A stretch of DNA of 64,000 bases from Macrostomum lignano (Eukaryota). Location of the stretch: positions 13,732-77,731 of the forward strand of contig NIVC01003767.1 of the NCBI GenBank assembly GCA_002269645.1, in the 5' to 3' direction. Below are positions 20,277 to 31,799 of this stretch, one piece after another. Made by a program: the position numbers and the translations under genes. Position 1 is the stretch's first letter, and every line of letters begins with the position of its first letter. The notes beneath the pieces were generated by a model. The model was not told the DNA's origin. It saw nothing but the letters and a program-made list of their open reading frames with translations, and searched no databases.

Positions 20277-21638
20277 ATGTCCGACAACGGGGACAACCAC
20301 GCTGCAGCGTCATTGGCTGACGGAGATGCCGTCGGGCCAGGTCAGGACGCAGATGATGCCGGCGAGCAACCAGCAGGCGCAGCTGCTGTCGCCGCGCCAG
20401 CTCCCAGTGAGCAACTCTTGCTGACTCAAACCTTAGCCTCTCTTCACCGGATGCTCGAAGAGCGTCTCGCCGTTTCCTCGCCGTCAGCGTCAGATTCCTC
20501 GCCGCCTGCGAAGCCAGACATACGCCTTCGCCCTCCAATAGCTTATCAGCCGAAGATGAACTTCGATACGTGGGAAGCTCAGCTTACTTCGTATCTAGCC
20601 ACTTGCCGCGTTCCTGAGGACCAGAAATCTGCCATTCTCGTTTCTTTACTGTCCACCGAGTGCCAAGAGGTTTACCTTAACTACCGGTGTGACCGGATGC
20701 CTTTCGAATCCGCCCTGCAGCTGCTCAGGGAAAGGTACACCGATGCCAAGAAGAAGGACAAGGCCTATGTAGAATTAGTCGCTGCTGCCCAATCTCATAA
20801 TGAGCAAATGACTGATTTCTTTGACAGACTGGTCTCCTACTCGAGACTAGCGGGCCTCTCGCTCACTGAAGCGAAGCCCCTGCTCAAGGCCAGGTTTTGT
20901 CATGGGCTGAGGGATAAGGACCTCGCCGAAAAGCTCCTCTTATGGGATCAGGAAACGGGTAGCGCGACCTCTGCAGAAGAGCTGATGCAGAAGGCCAAGG
21001 ATCTTGTCGGGGTCCGTCAGCTTCTGAACGTGCCTTCTACTGTAGCCAAGGTCCGTGCCATAGAACCTGACGCTGAGAAGAAAGCGTTAGAACAGAGGGT
21101 CGCTGAACTTGAGAAGATGGTGACCAACCAGGCCAACAGATTGAACCAGACCGCTCCGCCTGTCACCACCAATCAGGGGCCCACTCGCATAGAGCCCACT
21201 GGGGGCCCATCACAAGTTAGGAAACCTAGGCCAGCTCCTCGCCCTCCGCGGGCTTGCCATCGATGTGGCCAGACCGATCACCTGATCGCTGACTGCCCAT
21301 CGCCCTCGCCGGGACCACAGTCGCCAAAGCAGCCCCGGGGGAGCCAGAATCAGCAGCCCGGCCGTGGCAAAGTCACGACTGAACTAGGAACTATAGCCTC
21401 ATGGTCTCAGAATTACGGGTTCATCCAATCTGAGCACCTGCCAGAGAAATTGTTCGTGCACATTAGCCAACTGTCTCCCAGCCTGCGTAGCCTAGTCGAG
21501 CAGCACCGCATTAGGGGGACTAGGGTGAAATTCCAGCGCCAGGTCGACCCCGGGCGCCAGCATGACAAGGCCTGTAATGTGCAACACCAGCCAGGGGACG
21601 GTGATCCTCAGTGTAGACAAGGGGGGGTACTCGGCTGA
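20277..21638 (+). CDS. gag: Gag (453 aa): capsid-like region, CCHC zinc knuckle (21255-21296), cold-shock domain (21381-21584)
   Basis: Capsid-like motifs FDTWEAQLTSYL and RFCHGLRD; knuckle CHRCGQTDHLIADC; GTIASWSQNYGFIQ (RNP1-like), LFVHISQL (RNP2-like), GTRVKFQ and KACNVQ. Confidence 0.9.
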   Translation: MSDNGDNHAAASLADGDAVGPGQDADDAGEQPAGAAAVAAPAPSEQLLLTQTLASLHRMLEERLAVSSPSASDSSPPAKPDIRLRPPIAYQPKMNFDTWEAQLTSYLATCRVPEDQKSAILVSLLSTECQEVYLNYRCDRMPFESALQLLRERYTDAKKKDKAYVELVAAAQSHNEQMTDFFDRLVSYSRLAGLSLTEAKPLLKARFCHGLRDKDLAEKLLLWDQETGSATSAEELMQKAKDLVGVRQLLNVPSTVAKVRAIEPDAEKKALEQRVAELEKMVTNQANRLNQTAPPVTTNQGPTRIEPTGGPSQVRKPRPAPRPPRACHRCGQTDHLIADCPSPSPGPQSPKQPRGSQNQQPGRGKVTTELGTIASWSQNYGFIQSEHLPEKLFVHISQLSPSLRSLVEQHRIRGTRVKFQRQVDPGRQHDKACNVQHQPGDGDPQCRQGGVLG

Positions 21639-24600
21639 CACCTTCGAGTCTAGCTACTTCGTGCAGCTAGGAGTAGGGGACTCTAAAGTTCTGGCTTGTC
21701 TGGACTCAGGTGCCAATGCTAGCATCATGGGTGCTGACGTGAAGGCCAGACTGGTCGCAGCTGACCCCGTCAATAACATATTCACGCCTAGTGCCAATAA
21801 GCAGCGCGCCACTTCGGCGGCTCTCAGGTAGACATCCTAGGGTCGCTACGCTGCGAAATCAACTTAGGTAGCACGACTAAACAGCATGTATTCCTTGTCA
21901 CTGCCTACTGCACCACGGAAGCCCTGCTAGGCATGGACTTCCTGCGCAGCTTCGAGATGCTGCTGGACTTCAACTCTGGCCGAGCTTTAGTAGCAGGGGT
22001 GTCAGTTCCAGTCATTGAGGGGGACAAGGGAATTTTCCAACTCCGACGTGTGATGGCCGCTGGCACCGTAGAGTTACCCCCGCACTCGGAAACTTTGATT
22101 CCCAGTCGTGTTCTCGACTCTTCGCCGTACACCTCCGGTATAGTCATGTCTAGGATCCTCGGACCAGAACCCGAGCAGTTAGTAGCCAAAACTCTAGACT
22201 CAGTCAGCGATACCAACCACATACTAGTGCGCGTGCTCAACAGTGGGGAGCAACCTATCCAGATAGCTAGGGGGCAAGAAATTGCCTCATTCCAGGAATT
22301 AGATAGCCATGAGGTCATCGCTCAGACGACTCTAAGGGAGTCTGACTTCAGCCTGGACAATGTAGCTAACCTCACTAGTCAACTCAGTAAGCTGCCGCCG
22401 CCTAGTAGGGAGTTAGCCAAATGGCTGACAACGCAGCTCCAACTAGACCAAGCCAAATTGTCTAGGGGCCAACTCGCCACCGTTTTGAAACTGCTCAACT
22501 ACTTCAATAGCCAAATTTCTAGATCAAACGCAGACTTAGGCCATACCAAATTACACGAGATGGGCATAGAATTAATAGATCCCAAGGCCAAGCCTGTTGC
22601 GCAACCATACAGGCGCACCACGCCAGCGCAAAAGGAATTCCTAGATCAGAATATAGCGCAGATGCTCGAGCAGGGGGTCATCGAGGAATGTGACTCCGAC
22701 TGGGTGTCGCCTATCGTCCTAGTCAAGAAGAAGGACGGCACTCAACGCTTCTGCATAGACTATAGGGCCGTTAATAAGCTCATCAAGCCGTGTAGCTTCC
22801 CTCTGCCACTCATAGAAGAATCTTTTGACAGCCTTGCTGGGGCCACTGTATTCTCTAGCCTTGACCTGACCTCCGCGTACTGGCAGGTAGGGATCAAAGA
22901 GGAGGCTAGGGATTACACCGCCTTTGCCTGCCCCCAAGGCACTTTCCGCTGGAAGGTAGTACCATTTGGGATCAAGACGGCACCTGCCAATTTCGCTAAA
23001 CTGATGCACAAGGTGTTTAGGCCTCTCCTGATGAAGGTCAGCCTCATTTATCTAGACGACATTATCATTAAGGCTGTCAACAATGACCAAATGATCGCGC
23101 ATCTCGCGCTGGTCCTCTGGCGCTCAAAGAAAAGCCGGTCTCAAAATTAAGCCGTCTAAGTGTGAGTTGTTCAAGGACAAAGTCGCATTCCTGGGGTTCG
23201 TTGTGTCTAGCCGGGGCATTGAGGCTGACCCAGCGAAGACTCAGGCTGTCCAAGACTGGCCTAAACCGCTTTCTAAGAAACAGCTCTTATCATTCTTGGG
23301 ATTCGCAGATTACTACCGGAAATTCGTGCCGCGATTCTCAATCATCGCCACGCCTCTGTATGCCTTAGCCAAAAAGGATGCTCCGTTTCTATGGCAACCG
23401 CATCATGAACGGGCTTTCCTAGAACTCAAACATAGCCTCTGTTCACCACCGATTCTGGCATATCCAGACCTCTCTGCCAAGGGGCGCGAATTTATCTTGG
23501 ACTGCGATAGCTCGCTAGACGGCACAGGGGGTGTGCTGTACCAGCTCGGGCCAGATGGCCAGGAGCAAGTCATAGCTTACGCATCCAAGAAGTTCAACAG
23601 TAGCCAGAGAAACTACTGCGCCACCATGAGGGAGTTGCTAGGGCTCGTCCTGATGCTCGAGCACTTCCGTCCTTACCTGTTAGACAAGCCTTTCACTGTC
23701 CGGGTGGACGCGGCCGCGCTCAAATGGCTGCATTCCAAGAAACATGCTACTGGTATGCTGGCCCAATGGCTTGCCACCATTGAGCTGTACCCGCTGAAGG
23801 TCCAGCAGTCCACTCTGGAGCGCATAGCCGAATACGATTTCACTGTCCAGTACCGCCCAGGCGTTGATCACGTGCCTGCTGACGCCCTCAGTAGAATACC
23901 AAAATTCAGAGCTGACCACTTCGACTGCCCAACATGTAGTCAGATTCCGGAATTCAAGGGGAAGTTCCTGGATCAAAATCCTAAGGCGCACCGCAAACCG
24001 CCCACTGGGGAATTGCGGCAGGTGAGCGTCCAGATCACGGGCAAAAGTGTCGCCTGCCAGACTGACGCCGACAGTAGCCTTTCACCATCACAACCACCCA
24101 GGCCAAGGGCCACCCCGGTGCCCGGTACCCCGGTGCCCGAGGAAGCGCCAAAAGTCACTGTGGCTAAACCATCGCCAAACGTCCGCGCTGCTGCTAGTAG
24201 TGCTGCTCCTAGCCCAGGGACAGAACCTCTCGACCCCGACACTGAATCCAAGATACCACCTGAGCTCATCTGGGCCCAGAATGCCCAAGACTCTTGTGTT
24301 GACATGGCGCGGCTAATCGCCAGTGTCCAGGGTACGACCGAGCCATTGTCCAAGGCCGAACTGCAGGGTTGTAGCCGGGAAATGCGCTCACTCTGGGCTC
24401 ACTTCAACGACCTTGAAGTGGTCGAGGGTCTCTTGTACCTAGCCAAATCTTCCAAAGCCAAAACTGCCAACAGGCGCCTAGTTGTGCCTGAAACTGCCAC
24501 CTGGTCCTTCAGTATCATGGCCAGTTAAACCATTGCGGTATCACCAAGACGATGGCCGCCCTGAAGGCGCGCTTCGTCATTTCCGACTTAGATACTATAG

Positions 24601-25080
24601 TCAAGGGGGTCCTGGCCGAATGCACTGTTTGCGCTAAGACCAAGAAGTTGAAGCGTAAACTCAAGGCTCCTATGCAACCAGAACTGTACGGCTACCCGAA
24701 CCAGGTTGTCCACGTGGACCACGCAGGCCCGTTCGAAGAGTGTGACGGGTACAAGTACCTGCTGGTTATGATCGACCGGTTCACCGGGTTTGTCGAAGCA
24801 GTCCCTGTTCCCGATGTCAGCGCAGAGACCACTGCCACAACCATCCTGACGGAATGGGTTGCCAGGTATGGGGTGATGGAGCAGTTGGTATCTGACAACG
24901 GAACCGCCTTCATCAATAGTACCATGGCAGAATTGACCAGACTCTTACAAATTGACATGGGCCGGATCACAGCCCGTCGCCCTCAGGCTAACGGTAAAGC
25001 TGAGAGGATGATCCAGACGGTGAAAGCCCAGATTAGAGCCATCTGTCTTGAGAGACAATGCGACTGGCCTCTCGCTCAGC
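21562..25080 (+). pseudogene. pol: Gypsy pol (protease, RT, RNase H, integrase) broken by frameshifts near 21810, 23115 (left arm only) and 24495
   Basis: LDSGA and LLGMDFL (PR); FCIDYR, SLDLTSAYWQ and IYLDDII (RT); DSS..GGVL, CATMRELL and ADALSR (RH); HGQLNHCG..CTVC, VHVDHAGP, VSDNG and GKAER (IN). Confidence 0.93.
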
Positions 25081-25084
25081 CATC

Positions 25085-25360
25085 TGGCGCGTGGCGCCAT
25101 CTTCTGCCTCTGGCACGCTGCGCCATCCTCTGCCTTTGGCGCGTGGCGCCGTTCTCTGCCTTGGCGCCCTGCGCCGTTCCTGCCTGGCGCGCTGCGCCGT
25201 CCTTTGCCTTTGGCACGTGGTGCCGTCTTCTGCCTGGCGCGCTGCGCCGTTCTCTGCCTGGCGCGTGGCGCCGTCCTCTGCCTGGCGCGCTGCGCCGTTC
25301 TCCGCCTTGGCGCGCCGCGCCGCGTCTTCCGCCTTGGGCGCTCCTGCGCCGGTTGCCTCC
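25085..25360. repeat. GC-rich ~24-bp minisatellite at the position of the integrase C-terminus
   Basis: About 10 degenerate CTCTGCCTGGCGCG(CT/TG)GCGCCGT(T/C)-type units. Confidence 0.85.
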
Positions 25361-25863
25361 TGCCTGTCTGTTGGCGCACCGCGCCGTGTCCCGCCGCCCT
25401 TGACGCTTGTCGTCATTTGCCCGCAGTTGTCCGGACTGTGCCTCTGTTCCGTGCCTCTGCTCTGTTTTTGTTGCCTCATCCACCTTGTCATCCTTGTTCT
25501 GTCTTTGCCTCATCCACGTATCACTCTGCGCGTCCTTTTGTCGTTTTTTGAGTTCGCGCGCGCCGTGCGCTCTGTCATGCGCTACTTCCGTAATCATTGT
25601 TATATTTTTGTTATGTTTTCGTAACGCCACCATGCTGTACTACTCGTGCTCACCGCGTTCTGCTGCCCTGTAATATTCTGCTCCTGTAATATTCTGTAGC
25701 CTTTGGAATTTTGTAATTTTGTCCGGTAATCACATACTCCTATATACTAAATCAAGCTCCCTGTAATTCGTTCTACTGTAATTTCATAAGCTGCAGTCAC
25801 GTTGTGTTTTCCTTGCCATCACCCCGCGTGTTGGTTTTCTTTTGCGTGACCCTATCCTTTTTC

Positions 25864-25877
25864 GGAAGGGAGGCGGG
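25864..25877 (+). promoter_or_regulatory. Polypurine tract
   Basis: GGAAGGGAGGCGGG directly abuts the TG of the 3' LTR. Confidence 0.85.
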
Positions 25878-26728
25878 TGTGACGTTGTCAGTTTAAAGTG
25901 GTCCCATAAAAGGGCCGTTGCACTGCAGCTCCTCTACAATTCTTCCAATTGTTTATTTTAACGTTTACTTGTAGTAGTGCCCAATGAATCTGTGCCTAAT
26001 GTCGCTAATTCACTGCGCGTTTTGCTATCCTTTCATGCGACCGTAGAAAACTTGCACGATTGATAATTTTAAGTTCTTTAGCCAGCCAATGAAACCGCTC
26101 GTGCTTCGCGCTACCCCTCTCTGCGTTCCTTTATTAAACCCTGCCTGGCAGGCTGGGGGCCTCCTCGCGGTCTAGCCTGTTTTAGCTGTCTAGCCTGTTT
26201 AGCTGTTTAGGCTTCTCGGCCTCTTGGCGTCTTGTTTTTCCTCTCTTGTCTGGCTGCCTCGAGCCTCCTTATCTCTCGCCACGGCCCCTCTGTCTGGGCC
26301 AGCCTGTTTACACTACTTCACTGTGTTCCGCCACAGCTAACGCCAATCTCGCCACTACTCATCTGCCTACCTACTGCTACTCACTGCCTTCACCGTGCTC
26401 ATCGCCATTGCTCATCACGTTGCGTCGCCATTGCATCATTCGTCTGCCACTCGACTTCATATTCTATTGCTTTCAAAACCATTGTTGCAGCCGCCAGTGC
26501 CCAGAACACTATAAGCTTGCATTGACATTAGTAACCAAGTTTAATATTGATCTCAACAAATAAAACAACCATGGCAGTTTCCTGCCTTTATCGCCAAGTG
26601 CTCCGCTACACAATCCGCTTTATAAGAATTGACTTCGATTCATTTTGGGACTACGACTTACGGCAACTCTCGTCAAAACGGCCCTTTCAAGGGTCATGGC
26701 CATAGCCACTACGTCAATAATCGTGACA
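25878..26728 (+). repeat. 3' LTR (851 bp)
   Basis: Near-identical to 18758-19608 and followed by the GTGTG TSD. Confidence 0.96.
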
Positions 26729-27005
26729 GTGTGTCAAAACGGCTCCCATAAGAATCAGTATGTCAAAATGGCTCCCATAAGAATCAGTATGTCAAAACGG
26801 CTCCCATAAGAATCAGTATGTCAATTTGGCTCTCATAAGAATCAGATGTCAAAACGGCTCCCATAAGAATCAATGGCTCGTGAAATTTGGCTCCCATAAG
26901 CCGCAATCTATCAATTTGGCTCCCATAAGCAACAGTGTGTCAAAATGGCTCCCATAAGAATCAATGGCTTATGCAATTTGGCTCCCATAAGCCGTAGTGT
27001 GTCAA
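26729..27005. repeat. Inner remainder of the GGCTCCCATAAG satellite
   Basis: The same monomers resume in register after the TSD. Confidence 0.92.
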
Positions 27006-29159
27006 TTCAGCTCTTGATTATAATTGGCTATCTATGGTATGTACAATCTAGCGAGGAAATCTATCACGAGGGTCATTCGTGATCAATATACATATATTCT
27101 ATGGTCTATGGGGGCGGGAATCCGAAACGCGCTAGGGAAATCCAAAAAACGAATGTATTAGCCTTAGGGGAGCCATTTTGCATAAATAGGAGCCAAATCG
27201 ACTTGAATTTTATTACAATTGAAAAAAACAACCCAATAATGTTATGCATCTTAGTAAGGCGCACCTATAACCCTCGAACATTTTTAGCTCAAGTTTTTAG
27301 CTCAAGCACTTTTGTAAAGGCATAATCTTAAGACAAACATTTCAACTGAAGCCTGTTCCCTTTTTTCCGCAGTGAATCCATACAAAACTATACTCGTTAA
27401 ATAGATCAGATTCTTTTCTTTAAAATGACACCTCACTTGTGAAATTCGCTATTGTAGTTTTGAAATTACAGCAGTTTTTGTGAGATTTTTTTGTCAATTT
27501 TTCGATGCACACGTCTCATATTATTATATTTGTCACAAGCTAGACCACCCATGTGCTTCGCGCATTGGCTGGCTGTTTGTTCCTCATGCTTGGCACTTCG
27601 TGCCTCGCGCGTTCGCTCCGCTCACTGGGGAACTAGTGAAAAATTGGCCTTCTTTAACTCTAAGGTCTACAAGTCTTAAAATTAATTGTTAATTAATTAA
27701 AAAAGTGAAATAAAAAACTACAAATCAGTTAACTCAGACTTTTAAAATGCTTTTTGTGGTTTTTTACTTATTTATTTAATGATAAAAAATAAAGCATGAA
27801 AACAATAGTTTTTATCCAAAACTATTTTTAAAGACTTATCTGTCTTTCAAAAAGCTTTTTTAAATACATTACCTTCCATTGGATTGAATGTCTGCCTACA
27901 GATTTGTTTTACCATTTTATCTCATGTTTTTGGATTTGGCCATACATAACATAGTTGAAAACTTGTTTAGTCCTAGCATATAAATGTCCTATACTTTTCC
28001 CTCACTAGACCTAGTGTACACTAATAGTAATACACAATCCAAACTACGGGTCTCAACTAATAGAGTAGAGGACATTATATATATTATATAATAATATGTT
28101 AAATTAATAATATATTAATTAATATAAAACTTGACCAATATATAAATCAATTTTATAATATATTTTTACCTAATTTAAAATGATTCAATGAACTTGAAGG
28201 CTCATCGAATGTATGGTAAAAGAGTGCGAACAAGCTCCTTTGTTACACGTACCGAATAGCAGTCTTAACCAGTCCAAACTTAACAGAGTAAAAAACTTAA
28301 CCACTATACTATTTACAGATAAGGCAGCTAAGGTTCCACGTCCGACAGACAGAAGCGAGAGACCACCATCAAAATAATGGCGGTCCGACTTCTCGTCCCC
28401 ACTCCCCACCACCCCTATTCTCTCTCCGATTGTGCGGGGGGGGCTTTGGCCTTTTGGGGTGGGGGGGGGGGTTGGCGGCCGCGAGAGCGGCCTGCGAGCC
28501 CGGCCCTGCGTGAGGGCCTCACGATCGATAAAAACAGGGAGGTGTTCATTAGGTTCTATTAGGTTCTATTAGGGGGGGGAGGGGGGTCGCCAGTGTCTCC
28601 TGGGCTCCTAGGGTCCTCCGTCGCACTGTACAGTCAGGTCTAATTTGGGGTGGTCGCTGGTCAGTCGCCCTAATTTAAACAAACAACACGAGGGGTTGGA
28701 AAATCGCGATGTTAATGACTGTGCTTTCTCTCTGATTTCTTTATTTCCTCTAATCTATTTGATTTGAAATATCGATTTGATTTTCTTCATGCCATTCTTT
28801 ATTTCTTACGTTTGAGGGTTTTCTTTTGCTCTGTGACTGATCCTCATTGCCGATTGAAGAGATGATCAGAGAAAAATCATAAAGTTTAATTCAAGCTTTG
28901 ATTTAGAAATTAAATATTGAAGTAACGGTTGGTTGGTTTGTAATTGTTCATTTGAACTCTCCCTTTGTTTCAAACCCAGCTAAAATCAGGGGGCCTCGAC
29001 TCTCGACCTTGCGCAGCTCAAACCGGAGCTAACAAATAATTTAATATTCAAGCCGTTAAGTTTATGTAATTTCACACCTATTTCATTTGGTGTCATCAGC
29101 GGTGGAATTTAGCTATTAATTCCGGACAAGTTGATTATAATTTTAAGCCTATTTCACTA

Positions 29160-29900
29160 GGATGTCTCAAAAACTTCAAAGCCAAGATTCGCCTTGTTGA
29201 CGAGAGCAAAACCATTCATTTATTGCGCAGTTAGGCCCGCGTTCCAATTCACCTGCGAGACCGAATTAACGAGGAACTCAGGCGAATGGAGGCTGAGCAG
29301 ATAATCGAACCTGTTCCAGCCGGAGGGAGTCAGTAGGCCTCACCAATTGTCAGTGTGCTGAAGCCTAACGGAAAGGTGCGCGTCTGTGCTGACTTTAAGG
29401 CAGGAGTTACTCATCAGGTTAATGAGATGGAGACAATCTTTGCGGAGACCTCTGGAATGTCACAATTCTCCAAAATCGACCTCTCGGATGCATATTTGCA
29501 ATTTGCAGATAGAGCTGCATGGACGAAGACAACAGAGAGAACACCACCATCGCCACGCCTTTGGGCCTTTATCGCTATAATTGACTCGTTCCCAGGCCTC
29601 AAATCAGCATCAAAAGGCAATGGAATCCGTCCTTACTGACTTCACCGGCAAGATAGTTTATCAGGACGACATTCTCCTCGGCGGAAAATCTGACTCATTG
29701 ATCAACTCAAAGGTCCAAGACATCATAGCTGCCCCAAAAAATGCAAGAATATCAATCAACTATTGGAAAATCAACCCTCAAAGGCCAAGGAGTTCTCTTT
29801 CTCGGGTACAGAGTCAGCGAGAGAAGAATTTCTCCCGATCCAAATCTAGTCGATGGGATCCGCGCCTTCAAGACTCCTGGAGACAAGAAGCAACTATGTA
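29160..29900 (+). pseudogene. Decayed Gypsy-type RT fragment from a second, unrelated lineage
   Basis: RDRINEELRRMEAEQIIEPV, ASPIVSVLKPNGKVRVCADFK, FSKIDLSDAYLQ, IVYQDDILLGG and FLGYRVS..ISPDP, spread over different frames with stops and deletions. No LTRs seen. Confidence 0.82.
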
Positions 29901-30074
29901 GAATCTTTTCTTGGAAAATCTTTTCTTGGATAAGTATATCGCAAGAATTCACACTCGTTATTGACAACAATCAGTTCCTGACTTCTGCGTCAAATATGAT
30001 TAAAAAATCGTTGTCAAAGCGATAAGTTAACGAAAATAAACTACTAAGATGGGAATGAGCTGACAGCGTAAACC

Positions 30075-30410
30075 TCTCTCATATCTCAGTCCCCCATATC
30101 TCAGTCTCCCATATCTCAGTCTCCCATATCCCAGTCTCTCATATCTCAGTTAGGGAATACAAAATCCAGAGTTTGGCCCATCCCGGGATTTTTGGGATCG
30201 GGGACATCCCGGACTTCGAAAATCCTGGGATTCTGTTCTGTTAGCTGTTAGCAGCTCGTAAGGAGATTTTAATTTGGTGTAATAATGTACGTGCTTTATT
30301 TATTAGGGAATACAATCCCGGGATCACAATTGTCCAGGATTCGAAAATCCCGGGATCACAATTGTCCGGGATTCGAAAATCCCGGGATCAACCATCGGGA
30401 TACCGTCCCA
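30075..30410. repeat. 15-bp minisatellite (CATATCTCAGTCTCC) followed by MITE-like remnants rich in ATCCCGGGAT
   Basis: About 5 copies of the 15-mer at 30075-30150. TAGGGAATACAA starts at ~30151 and ~30305, with repeated (AT)CCCGGGAT motifs. Confidence 0.6.
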
Positions 30411-30797
30411 CTTGGCAATAATTAAATCAGTCATTCTCGTGTAGTAGTATCTGCAGCTGAGATACTTGTCAGGTGGAAATCATAGCCCAGTTGTCCTGCT
30501 TTGATTTATTAATCTTTTAATCATGCAGGCTAGTGAGTAGAAGGCTAGGGCTGCAGGGATGCAAAACAGAACCTGTTAGCATATCTTAAGAATTTTTTAA
30601 GGTGTAATAATGCAAAACTACTCTAAGCAGTCGCTACCTTTAAAACCTCTTGATCATAGTTGGGATTAGAACAGTGGGACCTTGCTATCGGACCACAACC
30701 AAAGCTACCAATTCTCCATCTAGGGCGGGTGCCCCTGGGAGGGTGAGGTCTGATCCCCTTATACCCTGGTGTCAGTATCTCTAACCATAACTCGTAA

Positions 30798-31799
30798 ACT
30801 GACATGTCCGTAGCCGCCTTCCAGCCGCACCGAAATTTTAAATGAGTGCCCCAGGTGTAATTTTTATAAAAATGATTCACATATGCTCTTAATTGATTGC
30901 CCCAAAACATGTTTCGCATGGTCGATGCTGTTTCTATGAAAATCTGGCAGTGAAAGTTGGCTTTAGGGCGGCTGAAGGGCGGCTGAAAGGGGGCTAGAGA
31001 ATTGCTCTGTATTGGCGCAGTATAATTGTGCCCCAAATGGAAAAAAAATTAGATGCAAGTCTTAACTTTAATATGCACAATAAACTTTGTTTCATTGGCT
31101 TTTATTTATTAGAGAAGTGTGACCTTTAGTTTGAAATTCAGCATTCCAATAGGTAAAAGCGTGCCCCAACCATTTTCTTGACTAGCGGCTAATGCCCCAA
31201 TGCGGTAAAAAGAAGCAGGGTCAAAATTTTACTGTATATGTAAATTTCTGTACATGCCCCACAATTTCCAACTGAGTGGCGAAGTGAAATAACTTGATTG
31301 TCACTCAGACACCAGTCATTACGACTTACAGTCGAGATTACGACTTTGCAATCGTAAAAAATTAAATTCTAACTTGTTGCAAAGCTTGTCTACTAATAGA
31401 CTAATGGACCAATTCAAAAATTACTATCAATGTGACAATGCCCATGTTGATGGATATGTAATTGTATGTGTCCTTTAGAAATATTAAAAACTGGCATGAC
31501 AATTGTCACTTTAAGATTGTAATCAAATCACTCAATATATTCTATCTACTTTTTTTCCATTTGGGGCACAATTATACTGCGCCAATACAGAGCAATTCTC
31601 TAGCCCCCTTCCAGCCGCCCTTCAGCCGCCCTAAAGCCAACTTTCACTGCCAGATTTTCATAGAAACAGCATCGACCATGCGAAACATGTTTTGGGGCAA
31701 TCAATTAAGAGCATATGTGAATCATTTTTATAAAAATTACACCTGGGGCACTCATTTAAAATTTCGGTGCGGCTGGAAGGCGGCTACGGACATGTCAGT
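30798..31799. mobile_element. Non-autonomous Mutator-like (MULE) element, 1002 bp, ~250-bp TIRs, 9-bp TSD
   Basis: ACTGACATGTCCGTAGCCGCC.. at 30798-~31047 is the reverse complement of ~31552-31799. The flanks are AACTCGTAA and AGCTCGTAA (8/9 match). Long TIRs with a 9-bp TSD are typical of Mutator. Confidence 0.75.

Larger units (their letters stand above)
18758..26728 (+). mobile_element. Ty3/Gypsy LTR retrotransposon, 7971 bp, inserted in the satellite; probably defective (pol frameshifts, integrase C-terminus not recognisable)
   Basis: Two 851-bp TG..CA LTRs, a 5-bp TSD GTGTG (18753-57 and 26729-33), PBS, PPT, and gag then PR-RT-RH-IN order. Confidence 0.96.
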
